Assembly: GCA_013265495.1 (NCBI GenBank) | Contig: MU061578.1 | Span: forward strand, 71,308-135,307 | Direction of reading: 5' to 3' | DNA length: 64,000 nt | From: Vicugna vicugna | Taxonomy: Eukaryota | In this document: positions 1 through 11,966 of the stretch, one piece after another | Layout of the letters: each line of letters opens with the position of its first letter | Numbering within the stretch: position 1 is the first letter of the stretch | The notes under the pieces: generated by a model | The model's input: only the letters and a program-made list of their open reading frames with translations | What the model was told of the DNA's origin: nothing | The model's database searches: none | Translations under genes and position numbers: made by a program

Positions 1-49
1 GTGGGTTATGCGCTTGAGAAATCAAACTATGGACAGGATGGGAATACAG

Positions 50-430
50 CCAGAGTCTATTTCTCCTTCCAACTCTCAGCTTTCCCCTCTGTGCCTGCCA
101 AGTTGTTTTTTTGTTTTTTGTGTTTTTTTGGTCTTTCTTAGAATGGCTTTCATCTGCTTCCATGTTATGTTTTTGTAGCTTCTCCACCTGGTAGAGTACA
201 ACTCTACCTCCAGCCTCGGGTGGAAATACCCTGGGGAAGAAGTGTGACTGGTTTGGCTTTCATCTTGTTCCCCCATCCTTGGATCAATCACTGTGGCCAC
301 AGTGGTGAGGTTCTGCGATTGCCTCAGCTTTAATCACGTGACTGTTTTGGGGGCTTGTATGTATGGTTGGAAAAAAAGGAGAAGTTATTTCCCCAAAGCA
401 GGGAGGTGGCTCAGGCCGAAGTAGTAGACT
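50..430 (-). mobile_element. Old MaLR LTR fragment (MLT1K/L-like)
   Basis: Motif 'ccccatccttggatcaatcactgtggcc...ctgcgattgcctcagctttaatcacgtgac' is typical of antisense MLT1K/L. Confidence 0.55.
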
Positions 431-1349
431 TCTGCTAGAGTTAAAAAAAATTCCCTGCATATTTTTGGAGATATAAATGGTCCTCAGCCAATTGTCCTCA
501 ACCTAGTGGCCTTAACCTCAAGGATTCTTATCTATAAAATGGGATTCTCAAAGTACTAGTAGTGAGAATAACATTTTTTACAACCTAATAGTGCAGGCAC
601 ATAGTGGGTGCTTTATAAGTTTCTTTGCTCTTCCCCTCTCCACAGCCAGAGGCGCAGGAGGATGACCGCATGAGACCACAGAGCTTCCTGAGCAAATCCG
701 CTGGAGAGCTGCCTCTCTCCAGGACCCCAGAAGGTCTAAAGCGAATGGAACTCGAGAAACACCGCTCTTACCACTTAGTAATTAGGCCGTGATTGTTGTT
801 TATCTGTGCGCTGTACTGTAACTCCCTCTGCCCGAGGCTGGTGCTAGAGCTGGGAAAATAAAATTTCCTCCAAACTAATTTAGTTTTAAGAGGAAAATGA
901 AAGTTTAACGTAGTTTAATGTTTCAGCAAAACCATAATGGCTGGGGAAGATTGGACAATGCGAACCAATAAAGCACCCTAATTCTGATAATAACTCAAGG
1001 CTTAACTCTTCCCCACGTCAAAACCCATCCTGATGCTGACATTCCACACAGGCCAACGCACATACAGCGGATGGTGGAATCATCATTCTTCTTTACTTGT
1101 TTTGGTTTATTTTTTAAAATAAACAGCTTCACTTTTGACTTTAGTGGAGCCCTGAGGACATAGCTGCTCATATCCTTTATGTGGCCCTGTGGTGATACTC
1201 TCAGGAGCACCCTCGGGTTGATGCATTTCCATTCCATTCACATGTTCTGCTCAGACCAGGGATTTGATTCTCAGGGAAAGAGTCCCAACCTTGGGTTGAA
1301 GGCAGGAGGCAGTTGTCCAAAAGTCCTAAGTTAAAACATGAGCTGTAAA

Positions 1350-1460
1350 AGGTGAACCCTCTGGGAGCCTAACCTTCTCATTTATGAAATAGACAGACTA
1401 AGAAGCAACTAGGGTTGCTGTGAGAATTAAACAGGACAGTGATATAAAGTATCTGGCCAA
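1350..1460 (+). mobile_element. MIR SINE fragment
   Basis: Degenerate MIR core and tail: 'ccttctcatttatgaaat...agggttgctgtgagaattaaa'. Confidence 0.7.
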
Positions 1461-1989
1461 TGAGAGAGAGAGAACCAAGAAGACAGCATCCCTTCACTTG
1501 CCACATTTGTTGAATACCTACTGTGTGACTGCCTTCATTATGTGGTCTAAGGATCCATAAAACTACGGAGGACAGGTCTTAGCATCCCAGATGACCTTTG
1601 CAGCTTTGCCTCCTGCCATCAGACCTGAAATAGCCTATGTTTCAGCCAATTAATATTTTATTTTTTAACCAAATTCCAGAAAACCTTTTTCTCTTTCATG
1701 TGTGTTATCCTTCCTGGCTTAGCTATATTTCCCCCTTCTTTGACCTGGAAAAGCTCCTATTCATTCTCCAAGATCAGGCTCAAGTTTCACTTGTTCTACA
1801 GTCTTCTCTGACTGTCCAGACATAGTTCCTTGCTCCCTTCACTGTCCTGCCATAGCACTGTTCCTATCTCTGTGATAAACCATATTTTAGTTTTATAACC
1901 TCTCCTCACATGTTTTACTGCAGCATGAGCTGGATATGTTTTCCTGGTGTCCAGGTGTTTGGTCCATGTCAGGGTGATAAATGATTAGA

Positions 1990-2160
1990 GTGTGGATGGA
2001 AAACACATGGCATGTATGCCACAGTTTTCTGTTCCCTGCTCATGACAGACATCACTAATCAATAGGCTCAAGCTCAGAGTTTGTCTCAGTTGAGTGCTTC
2101 AGCAGACATTCTCAATCAATTGTGTTAACATGTGAATGGAAACATATTTGCCAGACCTGA
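1990..2160. mobile_element. hAT-Charlie MER element (MER112/MER103-like)
   Basis: 'catgacagacatcactaatcaat...gaaacatatttgccagacctg' matches a recalled hAT MER consensus and terminus. Confidence 0.55.
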
Positions 2161-2269
2161 ATCAGAGGATCTTTCTAATTAATGTTTTCCAAAAACGATT
2201 CCTTTGATCACTTCCGCTTCCATCAGGGACTTGAACCTTTGGAGATGGTGCCCAATAATCTGTTTGGTA

Positions 2270-2503
2270 TTTTTTTTTACTTCTGCTTCTTTTTACTTTC
2301 TTTTTCTTTTTTTTTAAAATTGACCTATTTATAATGTTATGTTAGTTTCAGGCATACAGCAAAGTGATTTAGTTACATATCTATATATTCTTTTTCAGAT
2401 GCTTTTCTATTATAGGTTATTACAAGATATTCATTATAGTTCCCTGTGCTATACCGTAGGTCCTTGTCATTTATCTATTTTATATATAGTAGTGCATACC
2501 TAA
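2270..2503 (-). mobile_element. L1 3' end, cetartiodactyl-type, inserted in a MER5-like element
   Basis: T-rich tail followed by 'atgttatgttagtttcaggcatacagcaaagtgatttagtt...tccctgtgctataccgtaggtccttg'. MER5-like sequence lies on both sides (~2200-2265 and 2525-2575). Confidence 0.8.
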
Positions 2504-3589
2504 TCACCTGTTTTTGAAAATAAAAGGTCAAGGTGATTGTCTTAGACACGCTCAATTCTGAGACCCACAGATCTAGGTCACCGCCTTGAGTTATTTAATT
2601 GAGGTAAAGCTGCATAATTGGTATTCTGTACACTCCTTTGAAAAATACCAAAAAAAAAGAGAAGGAGGAGGATGGCCCAGGCAGCATCTCTGCTCCTAAC
2701 TCCACAGACCCCTCAGCTTGACAGAGGTCATACTCCAGACTTCTGATTTTCACTGATCCCACACCCCCAAAAACTCTGTCCTGAGAATTCCTTCATTTTC
2801 TCCTTCTTCTTTATTTTGTAAAGTCACATCAAATTGCAGCAATCTGTCTACAAAGATACTTTTAAAATCTTGAGATTTCTCTCACTCCCCTCTTTGTTTC
2901 CCCAGAGTCATTGTGGATGTTTATTCTAATTGAGCCAAGAAAAAGTTGGCTTTGGATGGCAGCCAAACACAAAAACATTCTGTGGCAAATCTACACCTAT
3001 TTGCAAAGTTGGGAAGCTGCTTTTCTGAAAGAGTGAGTCCACAAAGGATTCCACCCACTTAGCTTTCCTATCCTTCAAGGAATTCAGGGTCCTTTGCACA
3101 GAAAGTCAGAGCTTCAGTCTCAGCCCCTTACACTTGACCGGTCCTCTCTCCATTCCCCTCAAGCTCACAACAGCCTTGGCTCCTGCTCCGCCTCTGCTTC
3201 TCCTCTCTCCCTTACTCTAACTTTTAATCATCTCATTGTCCAATTATCCCAAACAGGTGACAGCAAGGGGATTCCAGATGGGATTTGGGAAAAGGATTGG
3301 GAATAATGATGGGTTGGGAAGAATTTCAGGTAGGCAGTGGTATGATTAAGGGAAAATAGAAGAGGAAAGTAGATTCCTTGATATTATTCATCTTGATTTT
3401 TTTTCCTGAGTGCAACAGGCCAACTGGTCTACCTGACAAACAGAAAGGGAACTGACATTTGTTAAGCAGTGATTGTGTGATTTGGAGCATTTACCTATAT
3501 CACTTCATCATGTCATTTACTCCTTTGTGAGATCAGTTACTATCCGATTTTTACAGTTGAGGAAACTGGGAATTGGAAGAGTTTATTTC

Positions 3590-4900
3590 TCACTCCTTCA
3601 TTTCTTCAAAAAAAAAAAAAATAGAACTTCTTGAAGGTCTGCAGGGAGCTAGTCTCCAGGATGAATTTCAAAAGACACTTCCTGTGGCTTCACGGTACTT
3701 ACAATCCAGCAGTGGAAGAGATATTAATCAAATAACCACAGGGATACTTGTAAAGGAATAGCTGCAACAAGTCCCATGAAGGGAAGGCACACATTAGCCG
3801 TGTGAAGTGTAATCTGCCATGTCTGGGGGAACTTCTTGGGGAATGTGAAGTCCGAGCTGAGTAGGAGGTAACCAGAGAAAGGTGGGGAAAATTTTTACAG
3901 GTGGGGGATCTCTGTATACGTAAGCCTCCTGGAGGGAGGAAACTCGGTAGGTTAAGAAGACCTAAAGGAGGCAACTTAGCAAGAGTATGGTGACACCAGA
4001 GACGGTTGCAGGACTCAGGCCATGCAAAGCCTTTTAGATCACTCTTTTAGTCATTTTTACAATGTAAAAATGTTCTCCAGGCAAAAACATCATTGCCTAA
4101 AGCTTGGGTGTGGGGCAGAACTCTCAGCCTCTCCAAGCAGAGTTCCAAGACTGTCAAGTCTGACCCTTAGGAGGATGGGCCCAGCCTTGGGATGGTCCTG
4201 CAGATTCAGAGAACTGGTGGTTGGTGCTGGTAGCCTACTCCCTCCCTGGCTGCTTCTGAAGTCTAGCCCTTTCCATCTCTCCACCTTGCCCCATTCCATT
4301 ACAACTTTGCTTGGAGGGCGAGTGGCTGCAGGAAGTAGATATCTGGAAAACATAATCGTCCTGAGCCATAATAAGATTTTGGTCATTATCTTAAGATTAC
4401 TGGGACATCGTAGAAAGGTTTTAACATGCAAAGCCATGAGTTTTGGTAAGAACATTCCACCAGCAGGAGAAGGGATTGAAGGCAGAGCAAGAGTGACAGC
4501 AGATCACCAGGGAGGCGGACTTTACACTTACCCAGGTGACGGGGGTGGTGACCTGGTGGTATAGGGATGGAGAAAAGTGTACTTATTTCAGATATTTTAT
4601 GAGCTAAGGCTGTAAGGACTTTATGGTGAATTGGATATAGGAGCAGAGCGAAACTTTCCTCAAAATCACAGTTGTGCGTGATCTTGGCCACGGGAGGAGA
4701 AGGAGATCAAGGATGGAGTTTTGTAGAAAAGGGACAGAAGTCTTTTGAGAAAGAAGAGCATGAAAAAGAGACCAGAGACATTGGGAGGTAAGGAAGGTAC
4801 AGGGTCATGGAAACCATGTGCTGTAGGTAATAAGAAGTGGTCTATGTAAATTGCCACAGGCGATCAACTACATGAAGTGTTCATCGTATCTGGCAACCAG
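3590..4900 (-). mobile_element. L2 LINE fragments (interrupted at ~4090-4400)
   Basis: Antisense L2 motifs: 'cctgtggcttcacggtacttacaatccagcagtggaagagatattaatcaaataaccaca' and 'ggatggagaaaagtgtacttatttcagatatttt'. Confidence 0.7.
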
Positions 4901-5263
4901 GACATCCCTGATGACACCAGACTGATCTTCTTTCTACCCCTATATAAACTGAGAAAGCTCCAAATTCTCTCCAAATAGACAGTAGCTTTTTATTATGCAT
5001 GTTTGGAACTATTCAAGCCCTGTATGAAACTGTTTTTCCCTCTTGAGTGGAGTAAGACCCAGACACTTAGTAAAAATATCCCCACCAGTCAGATACTCTA
5101 AACCCCACCTCTTTCCTCCAAATTGTTGCTCTTCAACTCTAACTGCACCCGTAACTTATCCGAGGGACTCTAAAAAATTGCCAAAGCCAGGGCCCAGTAC
5201 CCTTACTAATTGAGTCAGAATCTCTGGTGACACAGCCTAAGTCATTATTATTCAAAGTTAACT

Positions 5264-5783
5264 GATTATGGGCCTTAAATGTATTTGCAAAATCCCTTCA
5301 CCTTTGTTATAGGATATAACCTAATCATAGGAATGACATTTGCAATGAGTTTAATGTATCTCCCTCAGATTCAGATGTTGAGACCCTAGTCCCAACCTGA
5401 TGGCATTTGGGGATGGAGCCTTTGGGAAGTAATCAGGTCATGAGGGTGGAGCCTTAAGAGGCCAGAGAGCTGGCTAGGTGTATTTCCACCACGTGAGGAC
5501 ACAATAAGACAACGGCTGTTTGCAAACCAGAGAGTGGGCTCTCAGCAGACCCTGAATTTGCCAGGACCTTGATCTTGGACTTCTCAGTCTCCAGAACTCT
5601 GAGAAATAAATTTTTGTTGTTTAAGCCACCCAGTCTATGGTAATTTGCCATAGCAGCCCAAACTGACTAAGATAATATCCTATCATATTTATAGGTCCCA
5701 CTCACATTTAAGGCAAAGGGATTATATAGGGTGCCTACAGCAGCATAGAGTCTTGGGGTCATCTTAAAATTCTGCCTACCACA
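5264..5783 (-). mobile_element. MLT1D-like LTR split by an MLT1A insertion
   Basis: 'gcaaaatcccttcacctttg...taatcataggaatgacat' resumes at 'atatcctatcatatttataggtccc' and ends 'attctgcctaccaca', the reverse complement of an MLT1 start. Confidence 0.75.
5341..5673 (+). mobile_element. MLT1A-type solo LTR
   Basis: Complete MaLR LTR layout: 'tgcaatgagtttaatgt...gatcttggacttctcagtctccagaactctgagaaataaattt...gactaagata'. Confidence 0.85.
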
Positions 5784-5791
5784 AGTTGGTA

Positions 5792-5980
5792 CAGTGGTTC
5801 TAAATCTTGGGCAATTTTTCTCCCCAGGGAGCATCTGACAATGGGTCTTTGGAATGGGGGTGTGTGCTACGAGTATCTAGTGAGTAGAGAACTGGGACAC
5901 TGCTAAACATCCCAGCATCCACAGGACGTTCCCCCCTAGATGAAGAGTTATTTGGGTCCAAAGCTAATAGTACCAAGTTA
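5792..5980 (+). mobile_element. MER20 DNA transposon (hAT-Charlie)
   Basis: 'cagtggttctaaatcttgggcaattttt...gtatctagtgagtagagaactgggacactgctaaacatcc'. Confidence 0.75.
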
Positions 5981-6519
5981 TACTGAACTAGAAGAAGAAG
6001 GATGAATTTTGAGAAGAGGCCTACGAGAGTATTGGAGGATGGTCAGCTGTGTGGACTCCATTCCTTATCTGGCTCTACAAACACCTTTCGTTAGAGGAGA
6101 GATAGTCAGAAGCTAAGGGAACACTTCTTTAGAGCATTTTCAGACTGCACAGAGCTGGGTGTGGCCCCAGAATTGGAGAAATGTGATTTTCTGCCTTCCA
6201 TTGGAATGGAGCAGCACTCTGTCCCCCTTCTCCTGGACCCAGAAGGATTGCAAGCCACGGGGGATGCTGGAGAGGGAATTCTCAGCATGGACATTGAGTA
6301 GTGGCTGCAGTGAAGTCTTTCCACATGGGTTTGTGGGCAGTGGGTGCGGACCAGTGAAATCTGCAAAAGGAGAGAAGGACTAGATGTGTTCGGCTTGGTA
6401 ACTGCAGCTGATAGGCTGGTTTGTGGGCTCAGGTGGCACTACAAGAAATTCACAACTAGAAATCACTTTAAGAGGGGGTTAGTTTCCAAAAATCAGGCTG
6501 GAGGGGACACACACACCAT

Positions 6520-7306
6520 AACTTGGTCATTAAACAGAAATGTGTTAGTTACCAGGGAAAGCCAAATTGAAACCACAGTGAGACACCGTTCCACACTCAC
6601 TAGGATGGCCGTAATAAAAACGACAGACAATAATAAGTGTTGGCAAAGATGTGGAGAAATTGGAACCCTCATATGTTGCTGGTGGAAACGCGAACTGGTG
6701 CAGTTGCTCTGGAAAACTGTCTGGCAGTTCCTCAAAAGGTTAAACATAAGAGCTCCCATATGATCCAACAATTCCACTCCTATGAATACACCCAAGAAAA
6801 CTGAAAATGTATATTCACAAAAAAACTTGTAATTGAACATTCACAGCAGCATTATTCACAACAGCTAAAAGGTGGGAACAATGCAAATGTCCATTAAGTG
6901 GAGTGGATGAATGAAATGTGGTCTGTAAATAGGATCAAATATGATTCAGTCATAAAAAGGGATGAAGTACTGATACATGTCACAACATGGAGGAAGCTTG
7001 AATATACTGTGATAAATTAAAGAAGTCACAGGAGTCCACATATTTCATGATTCCATCTGTAATCGCCAAATCCATAGACATAGAAAGCATATTAGTGGCT
7101 GCCAGGGGTTGGAAGAAGGCAGGAATGGGGAATGACTATTGAAGGGTACAGGGTTTCTTTCTGAGGCAATGCAAAATGTTCTGGAATTAGGTAAAGAGGA
7201 CGGCAGCACAACTTTGTGAATGTACTAAAATCCACTGAATTGCAAACTTTGAAAGGGTCAATTTTATGGTATGTGAATTATACCTTAATAAAAAATTATG
7301 AAAAAA
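6520..7306 (+). mobile_element. L1M (L1MB-like) ORF2 C-terminus and 3' UTR
   Basis: ORF 6344-6763 includes 'QIETTVRHRSTLTRMAVIKTTDNNKCWQRCGEIGTLICCWWKRELVQLLWKTVWQFLKRLNI' (L1 ORF2 Cys-rich domain). The element ends with AATAAA and an A-rich tail. Confidence 0.92.
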
Positions 7307-7711
7307 GTAAATGTGATCTAATTTTGTGGTCCAAGAGAAGCTGAGATCCGAGATGGCTCCACTACATATGGATAAATCACAATTTCTAGGAGGATTCTCG
7401 ACCCTTCCCATGACAACCTGGCTGTCAGTGTGGTCATACTCCAGTGAGTGTTTCTGGATCCCACTGTTCTTCCCTGTGAGTGTCTTTCCTCCTGATCCAC
7501 TCTTCCCTATCCAAATCCTTCTGTTCTACCAAGGCAGAGTGCAAACTACCTCTACTGGGGAGTCGAATATTCTCTCCATCTTCTCTTGAACTTGCATATT
7601 TATACACTGCGTGTGTGTGTCTGTGTGTATTCACCTTGGCACTGGTTGTACAATATTTTGCATTATGAACAAATGACCTTGTTGGACTGTGAGATCCTCA
7701 AGGGCAGGGTA

Positions 7712-8230
7712 TTCATTAAGATTCCTTTTGTTGAAAGTGATACAAAGCCAATTTCACTCTCATGACAGAAAAAGCAAAACTAAACCAAACCAAACCGAAC
7801 CAAACCAAAACACAAAAACAAACCACCACCACCAACAAAAAACCATCTACAGACTGAGCAACTTTCAGATGCGGCTCCACCCCAGTTCTCTCTTTCCATA
7901 CTTTGGATCTACTTTCTCAGTCCTTACTGCAGATTTATCCTGCATCCTTTCAGGTCAACTCCAGTGGTGAACGAGTGCATGGTCTGCTCTCCTGTTAGAA
8001 CCAGCTCAGCTTCAAAGTTCAGCTCTGAAACCATCTCATGGGTGAGAGGAATGGGATGCACTGAATGGCTGGGATTAGACCTCATATCTGTCTCTTGTGC
8101 TGAGGGGATTCAGATGGATCCCATGGTTTAGGAACAGGCAAGTGGCTGGTTTTCAGAAAGAAACTGCAATGGTGTTTCCAATAGAACAGGGGATCGATAT
8201 TGAATGGCAAAAATTAACAGGTGTCCACTG
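7712..8230 (-). mobile_element. MLT1K-like LTR inserted in an L2 3' end
   Basis: The L2 tail 'ctgtgagatcctcaagggcaggg' (~7690) resumes at 'ggttcatttctgtatggccag...tttattgaattaaat' (8232-8299). The interval between is antisense MLT1-like. Confidence 0.6.
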
Positions 8231-9364
8231 TGGTTCATTTCTGTATGGCCAGAACTCAGAACAGGACAGGCATTTAGCAAACATTTATTGAATTAAATAG
8301 AACCCTGAGATGCTAGCTTCCAAATCACAATCTGTAAGGAAGGACTGGCTGAACAGGGAAGACCTGTGATACTAAACCCTCGGTACCTTGGGGGTTTATA
8401 TCTAAAAAGCACATGCTCTGATTGCTATTTTGGATATTTCTTTTAAACCAGTGAAGGTGTTCCAGATATTCAGTGGGTCCGAGTCTTTTTGTTTAGTGAC
8501 ATAGCTATGGTTACTCTTTTAAATTCAATGGGAGCCATAGCAATTTTAGAAACTTTTACAGTATGCAATAATTCACCTGAGATTTTGGGAGTTCCTGAAC
8601 CCCTAGGAGTCCAGGAATAATGAAAGGCATTGGATTTTGTATATTTCACGATTCCCCATTGTTTTCAAATTCTTTCCTCTTGGAACTACCCCAACTCAGG
8701 ACTAGAGGGCAGTGTGTACTTAGAAACCACATCAGACACAGTGTGAAAGCGCCTTAGATTTTCACACAAAAAGGCTTGTTCACTGCTCAGTTAACAAGTA
8801 AGTCCTTCCCCGCTCCCAGGAGGGAATGCAGTCAGCCCCCTGTGAAGAAAGGGATGGGGAGAAAGGGAGAAGCGCTGCCTAAATGTTTCCCTCATTTGTA
8901 TGTTGATGAAATGTCGGCAATCTCCCCAGAGTTCAAGTGCCTGGTTTGGATTGATTTCCCAGCAAGGATCCTGGTGTGTTGGGATGTGCAGCATATTGGG
9001 AGCATCTGAGGTTCAAAGTGCCAGCCTTGCCTCTGGCTTCCTGTGGGATCTCAAGGAGGCCATTCCCTTCTCTGTGCCTCTGTGCTCTTATTTGCAAAAT
9101 GAGGGGATTAGATTAGCTGCTCCCAGATAATTACAGTATGTGATGCCTCTCAGGTTCAAATATTTCAGGAGTGGTGGAGAGATGTGAGAAGGAAGAAAAT
9201 GCGGCCAAGGAAGAGTGTGGCTGCACTCAGAAATGAACATAGAAGGAGATCCCATGAGGACGCGGCGAAACAACAAATCCAGCAAGCGAGTCTGGACAGT
9301 TGAAGGAGAAGACCCCTCTACAGTATATGAAAGCAGCCTGCTTATCCAAAAGGACATCCAGTAC

Positions 9365-9911
9365 TGCACGAGGCAGCCCCTGAGAAAGCCCCAGTGAGCT
9401 CTCCCTCCTTGTGGAATCCACTCCCCTTGAGTCTGCTCACCCTAGTGACTTACTTCTAACCAATACAATAAGGAAAACATATAGGATGCCACTTTGGAGA
9501 TGAGGTGACAAGAAGACAGTCTTGAGCACTCTCTTTGCCCTCTAGCTTTCTGCTTTGATTAAGCCAGCTGCTGTGTTGAGAGCTGTCCCGCGGAGAGTAC
9601 TCTGTGGCAAGGAACTAAGGAAGGCTTCTGGCCAGTCATCAGTGAGAAACTGAGGCTCTCAGCCCATCAGCTCACGTGAAACTGAGTCCTGCCAATAACC
9701 ACGCGGATGAGCACGGAAGTGGGTTCTCTCCGAGTTTAGCCTTCAGATCAGACTGCAGCCCTGGCTCACAGCTTGAGAGAACTAAAGCAGAGGCACCCAG
9801 CTGAGCCATGCCTGGATTCCTGACCTACAGAAACTGAGATAATAAATGTTTGTTGTCTTAAGATGCTAACATTTGGGGTAATTTGCTATCTAGCAATAGA
9901 TAACTAATGCA
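9365..9911 (+). mobile_element. MLT1E/F-type solo LTR
   Basis: 'gtggcaaggaactaagg...cctgccaataaccac...gattcctgacctacagaaactgagataataaatgtttgttg...gcaatagataactaatgca'. Confidence 0.88.
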
Positions 9912-9949
9912 AGTATTAGAGAAATGCTTTTCAAACTGTTCTTCTCCCT

Positions 9950-10120
9950 GGCAGTGTGACTTGGGGTAAGTCTTTTCACTTCTCTAAGTCTTGGTGTTTT
10001 CACCTGTAAGTGGTACTTACATCAGAAGATTGTTGTGGGGTCTAAATTAGATCACGCATGAAAAGTGCTTGCACAGTGTTTGGCACAAGAGCAATAAATG
10101 GCAGCTCTCATCATTATCAT
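9950..10120 (+). mobile_element. MIR SINE
   Basis: 'gtgtgacttggggtaagtcttttcacttctctaagtcttgg...gtgcttgcacagtgtttggcaca'. Confidence 0.75.
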
Positions 10121-11409
10121 CATGGTCATCAAAGGAATCCAATAGTAGAGGGGTGGGAACTACTGGTATTTCCTATTCTTTGTCTACTAACACACAGCAC
10201 CATTGTGTGCAAGTGACTGGTCAATCACAGAGCCTCATCCTCTGGCAACAATGACTGGCCCGAAGGGCAGGCGTTGAAGTAGGAGGACCAGTGAGAGTCA
10301 TTTCCCAAGATTTATATAGGAGAGCATTGTTGGTAGAGAGGCTGGGAGAAAGTTCCTGGCGTAGGGCAGAATTTTGAGCAGCTCACCTCTTAGAGAGAAA
10401 TCCTCTAAACTTTCTCCAAAACAGAGGCCATCAGTAATTTCCAGCAAAGCTCTTTGATATTTATTTTATTTCCATTAGAGTTAAATTCGAGTGATTAATG
10501 AAGCCTAAAAAAAAAAAAAAATCCCGAAAGAAATAAATACAACAGAAATGGAACAGACTAACGCCCTCCTCAAAGTCTATCTGCAAATAATCTCTCATGG
10601 TTTAATTGGCCCTTTTAGGTAAAACCTCTCAGTGTTGCAAAAGAAATTGGTTCTTTTTACTTCAGAGAGTGCTCAGGGCTGATTGAGGAATGAGACCTGA
10701 GGGCAGATCATACAGTGAGCCCTTTTATCTATCCCTGTCCAGGAAAGCAGAAGCTTCGCCAGGGATGGGTAGGTGGGAAAATACTCATCTCCCAGATGCC
10801 CTGGGAGTCTCCCGGAAACCTCAGTGATACTCCCAGAAGTCAGGCTCTGATGTCTTCCTCCTGGGTGGCCAGGCTGGGTAATGGCGGGTTGCCAGGAAAC
10901 ACACTGATTTATAGAATAATCCAACTATAAATTACCTCCTTGGAAATTAGAAAAGACTTATTTGTGAGCAGTTTTTTTGTTTGTTTGTTTTTTGAAGGGA
11001 TAAATCAGGAGTTTGATTTCGGGCATGTTGAACTTAAGACAGCCAAGTGGTAGTATCAAGAGACAATTGACAGGATGAGTCCGTAGGTCAAGGGAGATTC
11101 TGGCTGGATGTACACATCTGGGAGTGGCCAGTGTGTGGAGGGCACATGGAGCCATGGCCCTGGATGAAATCATGGAGGGAAGGAAAATTCTGCTCCTCTT
11201 GACTTTGACATAGGCATCTCTTCCCTTTGGCAGGTGAGTTGAGCAGAACCCTAGGATGCCCCATGGGGATTGATCAGCTTCTTTTCTTGGGTTACCTGGG
11301 AAACAGCTTCAGTCTCCCAACCATCATTGTGCTTCTGACTCTTATAATGGCGTGTGCCCCAGTGTCAGAAGCTAGAGAGGAAAGAAATGAGGAAGGGCTC
11401 CTCACTGGC

Positions 11410-11966
11410 TGTGATGGTCAAGTTTATGTGTCATCTTGCTTGGCTAGGCTATACCCAGAGAGACGGTAAAACATTGTTCCTGGGTGTGTCTGTAGGGGTG
11501 TTTCTGGAAGAGATTAGCATTTGACTCAGTAGACTGAGTACACAAGATACGCCCTTACCAATATAGGTAGGCATCGTCCAATCCACTGAGGGGCTGAACA
11601 GAACAAAAAGGTGGAGAAAGGTGGAATTATCTTCTCTCTTCTTGAGTTAAACACTCATCTCTACCTGCCCTTGGACATTGGAGCTCCTGTTCTTGGGCCC
11701 TCAGCCTCTGAGACTTACACTAGTGGCCTCCCCACTCCCCTGGGTCTCAGGCTTTGGCTTTGGACTAGCTGTTCAACCCACTGGTTCTCCTGGTTCTCAG
11801 GCATTGAGACTTGGACTGAATTATACCACCGGCTCTTCTGGTTCTCCAGCTTGCAGATGACTCCATAACTGTGTGAGCCAATTCCAAAAACAAATTTCCT
11901 CTTACATCTCGCACTCTCTCTCTCTCTCTCCTATTGGTTGTTTCTCTGGAGAACCTTGATAAATCA
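11410..11966 (+). mobile_element. MLT2B-type 5' LTR of an ERV-L provirus
   Basis: TG...CA termini. Contains 'tgggtgtgtctgtaggggtgtttctggaagagattagcattt' and 'ctattggttgtttctctggagaacc'. Followed directly by ERV-L internal sequence. Confidence 0.92.

Noticed and set aside
4022..4691. 180-aa ORF and overlapping antisense ORFs
   Set aside because: Overlap decayed L2 sequence, with no recognisable domain or exon structure.
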